The position numbers were made by a program, and so were the translations under genes. A DNA stretch of 64,000 bases, taken from contig CALIIB010000107.1 in assembly GCA_938020365.1 (NCBI GenBank), positions 292-64,291 of the forward strand, in the 5' to 3' direction. The stretch's first letter is position 1; every line of letters starts with the position of its first letter. The stretch is from an uncultured Streptococcus sp. GTDB lineage: Bacteria; Bacillota; Bacilli; Lactobacillales; Streptococcaceae. This document shows, piece by piece, positions 48,300 to 57,591 of the stretch. The notes below the pieces were generated by a model, which saw only the letters and a list, made by a program, of their open reading frames with translations, had not been told where the DNA came from and did not search any database.

Positions 48300-48741
48300 C
48301 TAAATTCCCAAATAGTCCATAAGCAGCTTGACATAGCGGCGACTGACATCGGTTTTGAGCTGATTGGTTAGCTTAGCAGTCATGTTGCCCGAAAAGCTAT
48401 CCGACAAGGATTCCAGATGATCTATGTTAATGACTGCATGCCGCGACACCTGAATGAAATTGCGACTATTGAGACGATTTTGAAAACGAGTCAGCGTTTC
48501 TGTCGTTGTATAAACGCCCTCGGTGCTATAAATCATCAAGGTTGTCTGATTGATATCGGCCAGGATAATATCTTCCGTCTTGAGCATGACCAGCTTATCA
48601 TCCGACTTAATAGGCAGCAGCCTTATAGTGTTCCAGATAGTCTAGGACGGTCTTGGCCTCGCCAGCCAACTGATCCGCTTTCACGACGACCAGCGGGTCT
48701 TGGGAAGAAATCTGAGCATCTTCTTCAAATCTTGTCTGCAA
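48300..48741 (-). pseudogene. LytTR-family regulator split by a frameshift
   Basis: The N-terminal 44 codons run from TTG at 48741 (SD GGAGG) to the stop at 48607. The LytTR DNA-binding part (48300-48587) continues in another frame, which stays open upstream across the stop. Confidence 0.6.
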
Positions 48742-48761
48742 ACCTAGGCCTCCTACTTTCT

Positions 48762-49625
48762 TTACTTGAAGCTCATCCGTCGATTCAGCAGCCAATTTTG
48801 ACCTAGCCAGAACAGGGCTGCTACCGTGAGCACTACTCCAACTATATAGTATGTTTCTTGGCTTGTCAAGAGCTTTTGCCATTCGATACGGATACCTAGG
48901 AGCTTCTCAAAGTCTTGCTGGAGCTGACCCTGACCAGCAAAAACTTCTGTCAGAGAATCCTTCATCAGGACTTGTCTGAAGAGGGAAGCCATGTAGGTTG
49001 AGGGAGTCAGTTTCATGAGATTTTGGGCAAGGCTGGGCAGAGTCCCAATCGGAATATAGGTTCCCACTAGAAAACCAGAAGCTGCACCAATGACTGTCGC
49101 GTATTGTCCCAAGGAATTCACCGATTTGAAATAAGGAACAACTAGCGCATTGAGGAGACTTGCCAGCAAGCTATTGAGCATCATGAGGCCGACCAGCTGG
49201 GGAAGAAGCCCCCAGTCAAAGGAAATCTTGTCTGCTAGAATAAAGTAGGTCAGCATGACAGCAAACATGAAGACTTGCATGACAAAACCAATCACAAGGG
49301 CACTGATTAAGTAGCTAAACCTCAAGCCCCATTGCCCCAAATCTGTGATAAAGAGGTCGGCAGTCACCTTTCTTTCTCGATCTTCAGTTTGTTGTGAAAA
49401 AGCTGATAGGGTGGTTGTCAAGGCGGTGACAGCCAGCGTTCCGCTAATCAACCAAAAGTCGAGCAGTTCCGCCGCATGGCTACTGTCTGACCAAGAGCCT
49501 TTCATGTTGTTCTTTAGGAAAACCAGATATAAAACAAAGGGAATAATAGCTCCAAAGAGAGAGAGAACCACCCCACTATGATTGCGAAAATAAAGTAAAA
49601 AATTTCGTTTGATCAACATTAACAT
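48762..49625 (-). CDS. ABC-2-type transporter permease
   Basis: 287 aa with 6 TM segments. Immediately downstream of the ATPase, with no gap. Confidence 0.8.
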   Translation of the reverse strand: MLMLIKRNFLLYFRNHSGVVLSLFGAIIPFVLYLVFLKNNMKGSWSDSSHAAELLDFWLISGTLAVTALTTTLSAFSQQTEDRERKVTADLFITDLGQWGLRFSYLISALVIGFVMQVFMFAVMLTYFILADKISFDWGLLPQLVGLMMLNSLLASLLNALVVPYFKSVNSLGQYATVIGAASGFLVGTYIPIGTLPSLAQNLMKLTPSTYMASLFRQVLMKDSLTEVFAGQGQLQQDFEKLLGIRIEWQKLLTSQETYYIVGVVLTVAALFWLGQNWLLNRRMSFK

Positions 49626-50492
49626 TTAACGTACCTCTCTTCCTGTCAGAGCCATAAAGGCATCATCCATGGTTCCGGTTTGGAATTCAAATTGTTCAAT
49701 ATAGGAGCCAAGCTGGCTCAGCAACATCAGCGCTTCTTGGGTCGTCTCTGGATAAAAGAAAAACTCATTTTCCTTGCCTTGCTCCCATTCGCAGCGAGTC
49801 TGCAAAGCAACCTTCAAGCCCTCTGAATCTGAGGTCAGAATCCGCAAAACATTGCGGGCATAGCGCTCCTTGATCTGGTCAGCAGAGCCTTGCGCAATGA
49901 CTTGACCATGGTCTACGATATAGATCTTATCCGCATCGTCGGCTTCATTGAGATAGTGGGTGGTCAAAACTACGGTCATCTTTTCCTTCTGCTGCAGGTC
50001 TTTAAGCAGCTTCCAGATACTTTCTCTAGTCTGGATATCCAGGCCTGTCGTCGGCTCATCTAGAAAAAGTAAGTCGGGACTATTGAGCAGCGCACGGGCA
50101 ATGTCCACCCGACGCTTTTGTCCACCAGAAAGGGTCCCGTAGCGTTGTTTGGCAAAGCTAGCCAGTCCTAGTTGCTCGATCAATTGCTCAATCTTACCAG
50201 TTTCCACCTGCTTGTACTGCTTAGCACGGATTCGCAGATTTTCAACTACTGTCAAATTGGCATCTAGCACACTATTTTGAAAGACTACGCCCAGCTTGGT
50301 TTGTTCTGCATAAATGATTTGTCCTGATGTCGGCTGCAAAAGTCCAATCAGAATCTGAATCGTTGTCGACTTGCCTGCTCCATTAGGGCCTAGAATGGCT
50401 GTGAAACTGCCTGACTCAATTTCTAAATTCAGGCCATTTACTGCTACCTTGTCTCCATAAACTTTGGTCAGATTTTTTACTTGGACTAACAT
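49626..50492 (-). CDS. ABC transporter ATP-binding protein
   Basis: Start at MLVQVKNLTKVYG (ATG at 50492, SD AGGAGAA). Walker A GPNGAGKST, signature SGGQKRR and Walker B LFLDEPT. Confidence 0.9.
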   Translation of the reverse strand: MLVQVKNLTKVYGDKVAVNGLNLEIESGSFTAILGPNGAGKSTTIQILIGLLQPTSGQIIYAEQTKLGVVFQNSVLDANLTVVENLRIRAKQYKQVETGKIEQLIEQLGLASFAKQRYGTLSGGQKRRVDIARALLNSPDLLFLDEPTTGLDIQTRESIWKLLKDLQQKEKMTVVLTTHYLNEADDADKIYIVDHGQVIAQGSADQIKERYARNVLRILTSDSEGLKVALQTRCEWEQGKENEFFFYPETTQEALMLLSQLGSYIEQFEFQTGTMDDAFMALTGREVR

Positions 50493-50641
50493 GTTCTTTT
50501 CTCCTGTCTTAACTTCTGAGACTATGATAGCAAGTCTTTTTTGAAAAATCTCGGCTTTTTGGACAAGCGGTAAAATGAGGGAGATGAGAGGTAAAAATCC
50601 AGACATTAAAAAATCCCCGACCAGAGGTCAGGGATTTGCCC

Positions 50642-52642
50642 TTAGCGAGCGACAATCTTGCGGTAACTGCGAGAAGTTAGTAAGAATACTAAAATATAGG
50701 TCAGGAGGAAGACGCCGCAAGTTGCAAGTGTTGTCTGGATTAAGAGAGGAAGATTGGTCACTCCCAATAGAGCAACAATCAAGCGCAACATATGAAAGAC
50801 AGCTACTATATGTAGAAAAGCAAAGATGAGAGGTAGGAAGAAAACAGTCAAAATCTGCTTGCGAATGGTGCTTCTAGTCTGCTTTTCATCTAAACCAACT
50901 TTTTGCAAGATGATAAAGCCATCACGGTCTTCATAGCCTTCAGAGATTTGCTTGTAGTAAATCACAAGAACAGCTCCTAGAAGGAAGATAACTGATAGGA
51001 AGACTCCGATGAAGAGCAAGGTTCCAGTAAGTTCCTGATAGCTCTTTTCTGCGCTATGACGATCACTAGCCATTGCGTAGCTACCATCTTGGGCCTGTTC
51101 CTGATCCAAAGTGTCCCTCAGTCCCAGCTGGACTTGCTCGACAAATGTCTTACTACCCTTAGTCTCCGAAGCAACTCCAATGTAGTAATAGTGTGCAACA
51201 TTAAGCCCTACTTCTTTACTATCATTGACCACCATATAGAGGCCCTGTTCCATGGCCACGTCGTTTGGATTAGGGATTTCCCCATGCGTGAAATTCGACG
51301 GTAAAAGCTGCTTAATCTTCCAGTCTTTACCATTTACTCGGAGAGGTTTATCCTTATTTAAGGAAACATTTTTTCCATAGACAAGAGTTTCATCATCTGC
51401 CAAGTCTATCTTTTTCCCTGTCATTTTTTCATAATCCTGACGATTGATAACTGTAATCGTGCCAGCAGACTTGGTCAAGATACTTGGATCCGAATCCAGC
51501 TCGCTTTGCGCTGGAACCGTGATATCATTTCCAGCTAGTTTCATGATGAAGGCTGATTGATAGAGATAGGTAGTATATCTTGGCTTCTTCAGGCCTGTGT
51601 CCTGAGCGACCTGCTGAACCTTATCCAACAGAGCTTCCGTCTGATCGGTCGATTTTGGCAAGACGACGCTAACATTGTAATCCTTTGGATGCAAGGTAGT
51701 AATATAATCCTGACCTCCAACATAGATATTGATTGTACCAACCAGAGTCACTAGGAGCATGGTAGATAGAATGGAGATGGTTGCCAATCCTGCCGCATTC
51801 TTACGCATCCGCGAGATGAGATTGGAAACAGAAATGAAATTCTGCGTTTTGTAGTAGTAGCCTTTGCGCTTTTTGAGAAATTGCAATAGTGTAATCGAAC
51901 CGGCATTAAAAAGCAGATAGGTTGCTAGGATAACCATGATCACAGCTACAAAGAAATTGCCGATAGCAGCGACAGGTTTGGTAACGGTCAAAGCCATGTA
52001 ATAAGCCACTCCCATGAGCAAGAGCCCCAGCAAGGTTTGCACCCAAAGGAAGCGTCCCTTCTTCTCGCCTGCTTTCTTTTCTTTCATTAGGTTAAGAGAG
52101 CTATAGCGTAGAAGGCGGGTCGAGTTGAGCAACAAAATCACCGCAAAAGCGACACCCAGACTGGCCAGAGTCATCCAAACATTCTGCCATTGGAAGGTCG
52201 AGGCAAGAACGGCCGGCATTCCCATCAATTTCAAAAGAACGGCGTAGAGCATCTTATCTAAAGCTAGACCAGACAAGATACCTAGACCAACTGTAGCTAG
52301 ATAAAAGACACAGAGTTCAAAGAAGGTCATAAGCAGCAGGTGACGCTTTTCCATCCCCAGCACGCTATAAACACCGAGCTCCCGCGAACGGTTCTTCATG
52401 ACAAAGCTATTGGCATAGGTGATAAGGATGAGCACCGCAATCTGAATGACCTGGATACCAAATTGCAAGGTCATGCGAGCTGCTGTACCACCATAAGAGG
52501 TCTCCATATTTGGACTGTGAGCCAGTGAGACAAAACTATACAGAATCGCTGTCGCCAGTACCGTCGCCAAGGCAAATGGATAATACAAACTGCGATTTTT
52601 GATCAGATTTGATAAAGCCAGTTTACTCGTTAGTTTGAACAT
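50642..52642 (-). CDS. BceB-type (FtsX-domain) ABC permease, copy 2
   Basis: About 666 aa. The TM regions are similar to copy 1, but the extracellular domain is strongly divergent. Start at MFKLTSKLALSNLIKNRSLYYPF. Confidence 0.88.
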   Translation of the reverse strand: MFKLTSKLALSNLIKNRSLYYPFALATVLATAILYSFVSLAHSPNMETSYGGTAARMTLQFGIQVIQIAVLILITYANSFVMKNRSRELGVYSVLGMEKRHLLLMTFFELCVFYLATVGLGILSGLALDKMLYAVLLKLMGMPAVLASTFQWQNVWMTLASLGVAFAVILLLNSTRLLRYSSLNLMKEKKAGEKKGRFLWVQTLLGLLLMGVAYYMALTVTKPVAAIGNFFVAVIMVILATYLLFNAGSITLLQFLKKRKGYYYKTQNFISVSNLISRMRKNAAGLATISILSTMLLVTLVGTINIYVGGQDYITTLHPKDYNVSVVLPKSTDQTEALLDKVQQVAQDTGLKKPRYTTYLYQSAFIMKLAGNDITVPAQSELDSDPSILTKSAGTITVINRQDYEKMTGKKIDLADDETLVYGKNVSLNKDKPLRVNGKDWKIKQLLPSNFTHGEIPNPNDVAMEQGLYMVVNDSKEVGLNVAHYYYIGVASETKGSKTFVEQVQLGLRDTLDQEQAQDGSYAMASDRHSAEKSYQELTGTLLFIGVFLSVIFLLGAVLVIYYKQISEGYEDRDGFIILQKVGLDEKQTRSTIRKQILTVFFLPLIFAFLHIVAVFHMLRLIVALLGVTNLPLLIQTTLATCGVFLLTYILVFLLTSRSYRKIVAR

Positions 52643-53402
52643 AATCGCCCACCTCACTTGCCATGACCGTCAATGTATCGGAAATTTCTTGGAACATCTG
52701 CCGCTCGGTCTTGTTGCCGCGAAAGATTTGGTTATAAAGAATCCCGTCCTTGATAAAGAGCACCCGCTTGGCCCGACTGGCTGCCGAGGTCGAGTGGGTC
52801 ACCATGAGAATAGTCTGGCCGCGGTCGTTGATGTCGTCAAAGACATCTAAAAGAGCAGCCGAAGACTTAGAATCCAAGGCTCCCGTCGGCTCGTCCGCCA
52901 GCAAAATCTCAGGCTCTGTGATGATGGCGCGGGCTACTGCCACCCGTTGCTTCTGACCACCGGAAATTTCATAAGGGAACTTCTCTTGGAGTTTGTTAAT
53001 TCCCAGCTCGTTGCAAGTCGTGACCAGCTTTTGCATCATCTCGGTAATGGGACGACGAGAGAGGACTAGCGGCAGCAGGATATTATCCTTAACCGATAAT
53101 GTATCCAGCAGGTTGAAATCTTGAAAGACAAAGCCTAATTTCTCCCGGCGGAAGCTGGAAGCTTGGCTGTTTTTGATGGTTGCCGTGTCAGTTCCGTTGA
53201 GAAAGACGCGGCCCTCAGTCGGCTTGTCCAGCATAGCTAGGATATTGAGCAGGGTGGATTTCCCAGAGCCTGATTCCCCCATGATGGCGACATATTCGCC
53301 TTTTTCTACCGTAAAGTGAATGTCCTTCAGCGCCTCTACTTGGCTACCCTGAAAACGGGTTTTATAAATCTTTTTCACGTGTTGTACGTCTAATAATGTC
53401 AT
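52623..53402 (-). CDS. BceA-type ABC ATPase, copy 2
   Basis: Protein identical to copy 1 over 251 aa (MTLLD...MASEV). Only the last residues differ, where the permease start overlaps. Confidence 0.93.
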   Translation of the reverse strand: MTLLDVQHVKKIYKTRFQGSQVEALKDIHFTVEKGEYVAIMGESGSGKSTLLNILAMLDKPTEGRVFLNGTDTATIKNSQASSFRREKLGFVFQDFNLLDTLSVKDNILLPLVLSRRPITEMMQKLVTTCNELGINKLQEKFPYEISGGQKQRVAVARAIITEPEILLADEPTGALDSKSSAALLDVFDDINDRGQTILMVTHSTSAASRAKRVLFIKDGILYNQIFRGNKTERQMFQEISDTLTVMASEVGDYVQTNE

Positions 53403-53486
53403 CATTTTCTCCTTTTTCTATAATTCCATTTTAATACAGAAACAGCTTTATTTCCATATTTTACTAATTTTTAAATGCCGAAATTT

Positions 53487-54245
53487 TTATCTCTGCACCA
53501 GATAAGCGATCAGTGCGATGATCCAGAGATGGGCTGGGTAAAAGATATAAAAGAAATACTTGCCCCACTTGCCATTGTAGCCTCGCTCGCCATTGTAGAG
53601 ATGGAGGAAGGGCAAGACGGTAATAAAGGCCCAGTCTGAATTGTAGAGCATCATCGAAATGGTGGCTCCCATGGTTGGGTAGATTTCAATGCTCAGACAG
53701 AAGAGTAGAAAAGCCAAGACCATGTAAGAAAGAGTTCTGAGGGCAGGCTGATTGCGGAAGATATAGCTAATCAGCATCAAAGGAATAATGGTCAGGCCAC
53801 CTTCTGTCAAAAAAACTCCTGCCAAACCAATTAAAACTGCCGCTCCAATCCGCAAATAGCGCTTCTCATCCATAACCTCTTCACCATTTTTGGAAAAACC
53901 AAATACTAGATTGAGCACTAGAACGCCACAGGCTAGACTGAGAAAGATATTATTCTCAAGATGAATTCCCTTGCTATGAAAGAGCATGGTCAGGATGCTA
54001 TTGCCCAGCTGCATGATAGCCGCCCAGATAAATAAGCGTGCATTGTAGGCCAAGCGGTTGCGCGTATGCAGAAAGCCTTCTACTGCGCTAAAGGCAAACC
54101 AAGCACCTACACAGCGGGTTAGCAGGTGGAAAATCCCGTCCCAGCCTGTTGGTAACAGCCCCGGAATCTTATCAATATGATCAAAAATCATTAAAAAGGC
54201 CATGAAGAACTTGAGTTGGAAAGCATTTAATCCCCTTGTTTTCAT
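53487..54245 (-). CDS. TraX-family membrane protein
   Basis: 252 aa and multi-TM. The N-terminus FQLKFFMAFLMIFDHI is typical of the TraX family. First gene of the operon containing BceAB copy 2. Confidence 0.6.
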   Translation of the reverse strand: MKTRGLNAFQLKFFMAFLMIFDHIDKIPGLLPTGWDGIFHLLTRCVGAWFAFSAVEGFLHTRNRLAYNARLFIWAAIMQLGNSILTMLFHSKGIHLENNIFLSLACGVLVLNLVFGFSKNGEEVMDEKRYLRIGAAVLIGLAGVFLTEGGLTIIPLMLISYIFRNQPALRTLSYMVLAFLLFCLSIEIYPTMGATISMMLYNSDWAFITVLPFLHLYNGERGYNGKWGKYFFYIFYPAHLWIIALIAYLVQR

Positions 54246-54307
54246 TTCGTATCTCCTTGTCTTCTTTATACATCTATCTTACAAAAAAAGAAAGGTCGGT
54301 ACCATAA

Positions 54308-54352
54308 CCTAACCTTTCAATTTCACTTGCCAATCTTACAAACTTGTAAGAA
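54308..54352 (-). promoter_or_regulatory. Bce-type operator/promoter module upstream of TraX-BceAB copy 2
   Basis: Minus strand reads TTCTTACAAGTTTGTAAGATT-N8-AAATTGAAAGGTTAGG. A proximal TCTATCTTACA box lies at 54273-54283. The module sits just 3' of the kinase stop codon. Confidence 0.6.
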
Positions 54353-54356
54353 TGCC

Positions 54357-55337
54357 CTATTCAAATATCATTTTCTTCTCAGAAAAGTTAATCATGACAG
54401 TCGTTCCCTGTCCTACCTGCGAAGCGATGCTAATCTGGTGCCCCAGTTCATCTGCGATTTTCTTGGACAGATAAAGCCCCAAGCCAGACGATTGCTGGGT
54501 CAAACGACCATTATAGCCTGAAAATCCTCGCTCGAAAACCCGCAGCAAATCCGCATCCTGAATCCCCAGACCGCTGTCTTTGATATAAAGCGTATCCTCC
54601 TGAAAATAAATTTCAATTCCGCCTTGACTGGTGTATTTCAGACTATTTGACAGCACTTGCTCCAAAATCACGACGAACCATTTCTTATCCGTGATGATGG
54701 TTCGGTCCAGATCATGCAGACTGAGGCTCAGCCCCTTTTGGATAAAGAAAATCGCGTACTTCTTGACAATCTCCTTGACCAAGTCTTCAGCATTTTCCTT
54801 TTTCAAGACCAAATCCTCGTGGAAACTCTCCAAACGAAGATACTGCAAGACGATATTGACATAGGACTCAATCTTAAAGAGTTCTTGCTCCAGCTGGTTC
54901 TTGACCTTCTTGTCCTCAATCTCTCCGACCAGCAAGGAACTAGCCGCAATAGGTGTCTTGATCTGATGGGCCCAGAGCGTATAATAGTCCATCAGGTCAT
55001 TTAACTTCTCCCTCTCCTCAATTGCACGGTTCTTCTTATCCATTTCCAAAAGAGCCAGTTTCTCAAAAAGGAGAGCCTCTAAGGCTGTCTGAGCCCGACC
55101 AGAGGCATAAAAGAGCTGGTTGCGGTATTCCTTATAGGCGCTAGCTAGATCCATTCCCAAGAAAAAGCTAGCGAGGAGAAAGGCTAAGAGCAGCTGATAC
55201 TCTAGCAGACTGCGCCCATCCTCAAAAATAAAGGCAAACATCCCCATAACCGAAAATATAACTAACAAGAGCGACAAAATAAAGCGACGGGAGTAGAGAT
55301 GATGCTTCAAAAAGAAAAATTTATCCTGCATGTCCAT
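54357..55337 (-). CDS. Intramembrane-sensing histidine kinase (BceS-like)
   Basis: 326 aa. Two N-terminal TM helices with almost no extracellular loop. H-box HQIKTPI and G-box GLGLYL. Confidence 0.88.
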   Translation of the reverse strand: MDMQDKFFFLKHHLYSRRFILSLLLVIFSVMGMFAFIFEDGRSLLEYQLLLAFLLASFFLGMDLASAYKEYRNQLFYASGRAQTALEALLFEKLALLEMDKKNRAIEEREKLNDLMDYYTLWAHQIKTPIAASSLLVGEIEDKKVKNQLEQELFKIESYVNIVLQYLRLESFHEDLVLKKENAEDLVKEIVKKYAIFFIQKGLSLSLHDLDRTIITDKKWFVVILEQVLSNSLKYTSQGGIEIYFQEDTLYIKDSGLGIQDADLLRVFERGFSGYNGRLTQQSSGLGLYLSKKIADELGHQISIASQVGQGTTVMINFSEKKMIFE

Positions 55338-56007
55338 TGGTCAAACCATATCCTATCCCTTTTTTCGTCTCAATAAAATGCTTCAGACCGTGCTCCTCCA
55401 GCTTCTTGCGCAGGCGGGCAACATTGACGGACAAGGTATTGTCATCGATAAAGAAATCGCTGTTCCAGAGCTCCTTCATCAAGTCATCACGCGCCACGAT
55501 ACTACCGGAATGCTCAAAGAGCACCCGCAAGATCTGAAATTCATTCTTGGTCAGCGTCACAAGCTCGCCCTCATAAACCAAATCCATGGATTTAAGGTTT
55601 AAAATCACGCCCTGATATTCCAAAAGGCTTTGATCCGTCCCGAACTCATACGAACGTCGCAGCAGGCCTTGAACCTTTGCCAGAAAGACATTATTGTCAA
55701 AAGGCTTGGTCACATAGTCATCTGCGCCCATATTGATGGCCATGACGATATCCATGGACTGGTCGCGCGAAGATAGAAACATAATCGGCACCGTCGAAAT
55801 CTTCCGAATTTCCTGGCACCAATGGTAGCCGTTAAAGAGAGGCAGGCCAATATCCATCAGCACCAGCTGAGGCTCCTCCTTGACAAATGTTGTCAAAACC
55901 TGCATAAAATCCTCAATTGCCACAACCTGATAGCCCCATTGCTCCAGCATTTTTTTGATCATTTGACGGATGACCGCATCATCCTCGACCAGTAAAATCT
56001 TGTGCAT
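55321..56007 (-). CDS. OmpR-family response regulator (BceR-like)
   Basis: 228 aa. Receiver domain (LLVEDD...LMDIGLP) plus a winged-helix output domain. Overlaps the kinase start. Confidence 0.92.
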   Translation of the reverse strand: MHKILLVEDDAVIRQMIKKMLEQWGYQVVAIEDFMQVLTTFVKEEPQLVLMDIGLPLFNGYHWCQEIRKISTVPIMFLSSRDQSMDIVMAINMGADDYVTKPFDNNVFLAKVQGLLRRSYEFGTDQSLLEYQGVILNLKSMDLVYEGELVTLTKNEFQILRVLFEHSGSIVARDDLMKELWNSDFFIDDNTLSVNVARLRKKLEEHGLKHFIETKKGIGYGLTNGHAG

Positions 56008-56129
56008 TGCATTTCCTCACTCATTTTTCTTACTGCTATTATATCAAATTCTCCCTTAAATCACAGAGACTTTTTTAATTTGAAATTCATTTTGTTTTCA
56101 GAAAATTTCAAGAAATTATTCAAGAAGTG

Positions 56130-56158
56130 TTGACAAAGACAGAGTAAAAAGATAAAAT
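56130..56158 (+). promoter_or_regulatory. Promoter of the NRAMP-like gene
   Basis: TTGACA (56130-56135), 17 nt, then TAAAAT (56153-56158). Confidence 0.55.
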
Positions 56159-56212
56159 AACACTACATTCAGAATTGTCTGAAAATTCATTTTTTATAAT
56201 AAGGAGATTATT

Positions 56213-57472
56213 ATGCTAGAACAAACTCAGACATCTACTTGGCAGTCTAAACTAAAAGCCCTTGGGCCTGGGATCCTCATGGCTTCTGCTGCTGTTGGTG
56301 GCTCTCACATTGTTTCCTCTGCCCAAGCAGGCGCCAAGTATGGCTGGGCTTTGATGGGACTGGTCATCTTGGCCAACCTCTTTAAATATCCCTTCTTCCG
56401 CTTCGGTGCTGAGTACACCTTAGAAACTGGTCACAGCTTGGTTGAAGGCTATGCCCAAAAAGGAAAAGTCTACTTAGGCATCTTCTTCGTTTTAAATGTA
56501 TTCTCCGCCTTGGTCAATACAGCAGGGGTCGGGATTCTCTGTGCTGCCATTGTCGCCAGCGCCTTTCCAAATGCCCTTGGACTCAGCATTACTCAATGGT
56601 CTCTGATCCTCATCATCCTGATCTGGGCAATGCTACTCTTTGGTGGCTACAAGTTCCTTGATGGCCTTGCTAAATGGATCATGTCCGCTCTAACCTTTGC
56701 AACTGTTATTGCGGTTATCGTTGCTATTATCAAGCATCCTGAGTACGGAGCAGACTTCGTTGAAAAGACACCTTGGCAGATGGCTGCCTTACCTTTCATC
56801 GTTTCTCTCATGGGCTGGATGCCAGCTCCAATCGAGATTTCAGCAATCAACTCCCTCTGGACTGCTGAGAAAGGAAAATCTGTCAATATCTCTGTCACGG
56901 ACGGACTTTTTGACTTTAACGTTGGCTATATCGGTACGGCCATTCTAGCCATCTTCTTCGTCGCTATGGGGGCTCTCGTCCAGTATCCAACTGGTCAGCC
57001 AGTTCAAGATGCTGGCGCTGCCTACATCCAGCAATTCGTTGGGATGTACGCATCTGTCCTTGGTGATTGGACACGGATTCTGATTACTTTCATTGCCTTT
57101 CTCTGTATCTTCGGTACCGTTATTACCGTAATCGATGGCTATTCTCGTGTAAACGCTGAATCCCTACGCCTCCTTCTCAACGAAAAGAAGACTTCTCAAA
57201 AAAATCTGCATATCTGGATGACAGCTACAGCCATTATCGGTGGCATTATCATCTACTTCTTCCAAGGTAGTGTAGCCCTCATGCTTCGTTTTGCTATGAT
57301 TGCTTCCTTCCTGACTACTCCATTTTTTGCCCTCCTAAACTATCTCCTCGTTACAAGCGAGAATAAACATCTGAGCAAATGGCTAAAAGGTCTTTCCATC
57401 CTTGGTTTGATCTTCCTCTTTGGCTTCGCCTTATTCTTTATCTACGCCATCCTCATCGGTAAGGCTTACTAG
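56213..57472 (+). CDS. NRAMP/SLC11-related transporter with non-canonical metal-site residues
   Basis: 419 aa and about 11 TM segments. LGPGILMASAAVGGSHIVSSAQAGAKYGW aligns to MntH [28 protein letters not shown], with GGSH in place of DPGN. The TM6 region reads WMPAP. Confidence 0.7.
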   Translation: MLEQTQTSTWQSKLKALGPGILMASAAVGGSHIVSSAQAGAKYGWALMGLVILANLFKYPFFRFGAEYTLETGHSLVEGYAQKGKVYLGIFFVLNVFSALVNTAGVGILCAAIVASAFPNALGLSITQWSLILIILIWAMLLFGGYKFLDGLAKWIMSALTFATVIAVIVAIIKHPEYGADFVEKTPWQMAALPFIVSLMGWMPAPIEISAINSLWTAEKGKSVNISVTDGLFDFNVGYIGTAILAIFFVAMGALVQYPTGQPVQDAGAAYIQQFVGMYASVLGDWTRILITFIAFLCIFGTVITVIDGYSRVNAESLRLLLNEKKTSQKNLHIWMTATAIIGGIIIYFFQGSVALMLRFAMIASFLTTPFFALLNYLLVTSENKHLSKWLKGLSILGLIFLFGFALFFIYAILIGKAY

Positions 57473-57477
57473 ATCAA

Positions 57478-57529
57478 AAGAGCTGGAAATTCTGAAGAAT
57501 ATCTTCAGGTTTCCGCTCTTTTCTTTTTT
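57478..57529 (+). terminator. Rho-independent terminator
   Basis: Long hairpin AGAGC-GGAAA-CTGAAG ... CTTCAG-TTTCC-GCTCT followed by TTTCTTTTTT. Confidence 0.75.
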
Positions 57530-57591
57530 CCTTTCTGACAACCTGCCCCACTTATGCTATACTGGAAGAAGATAGAATATTGGAGATAAAT

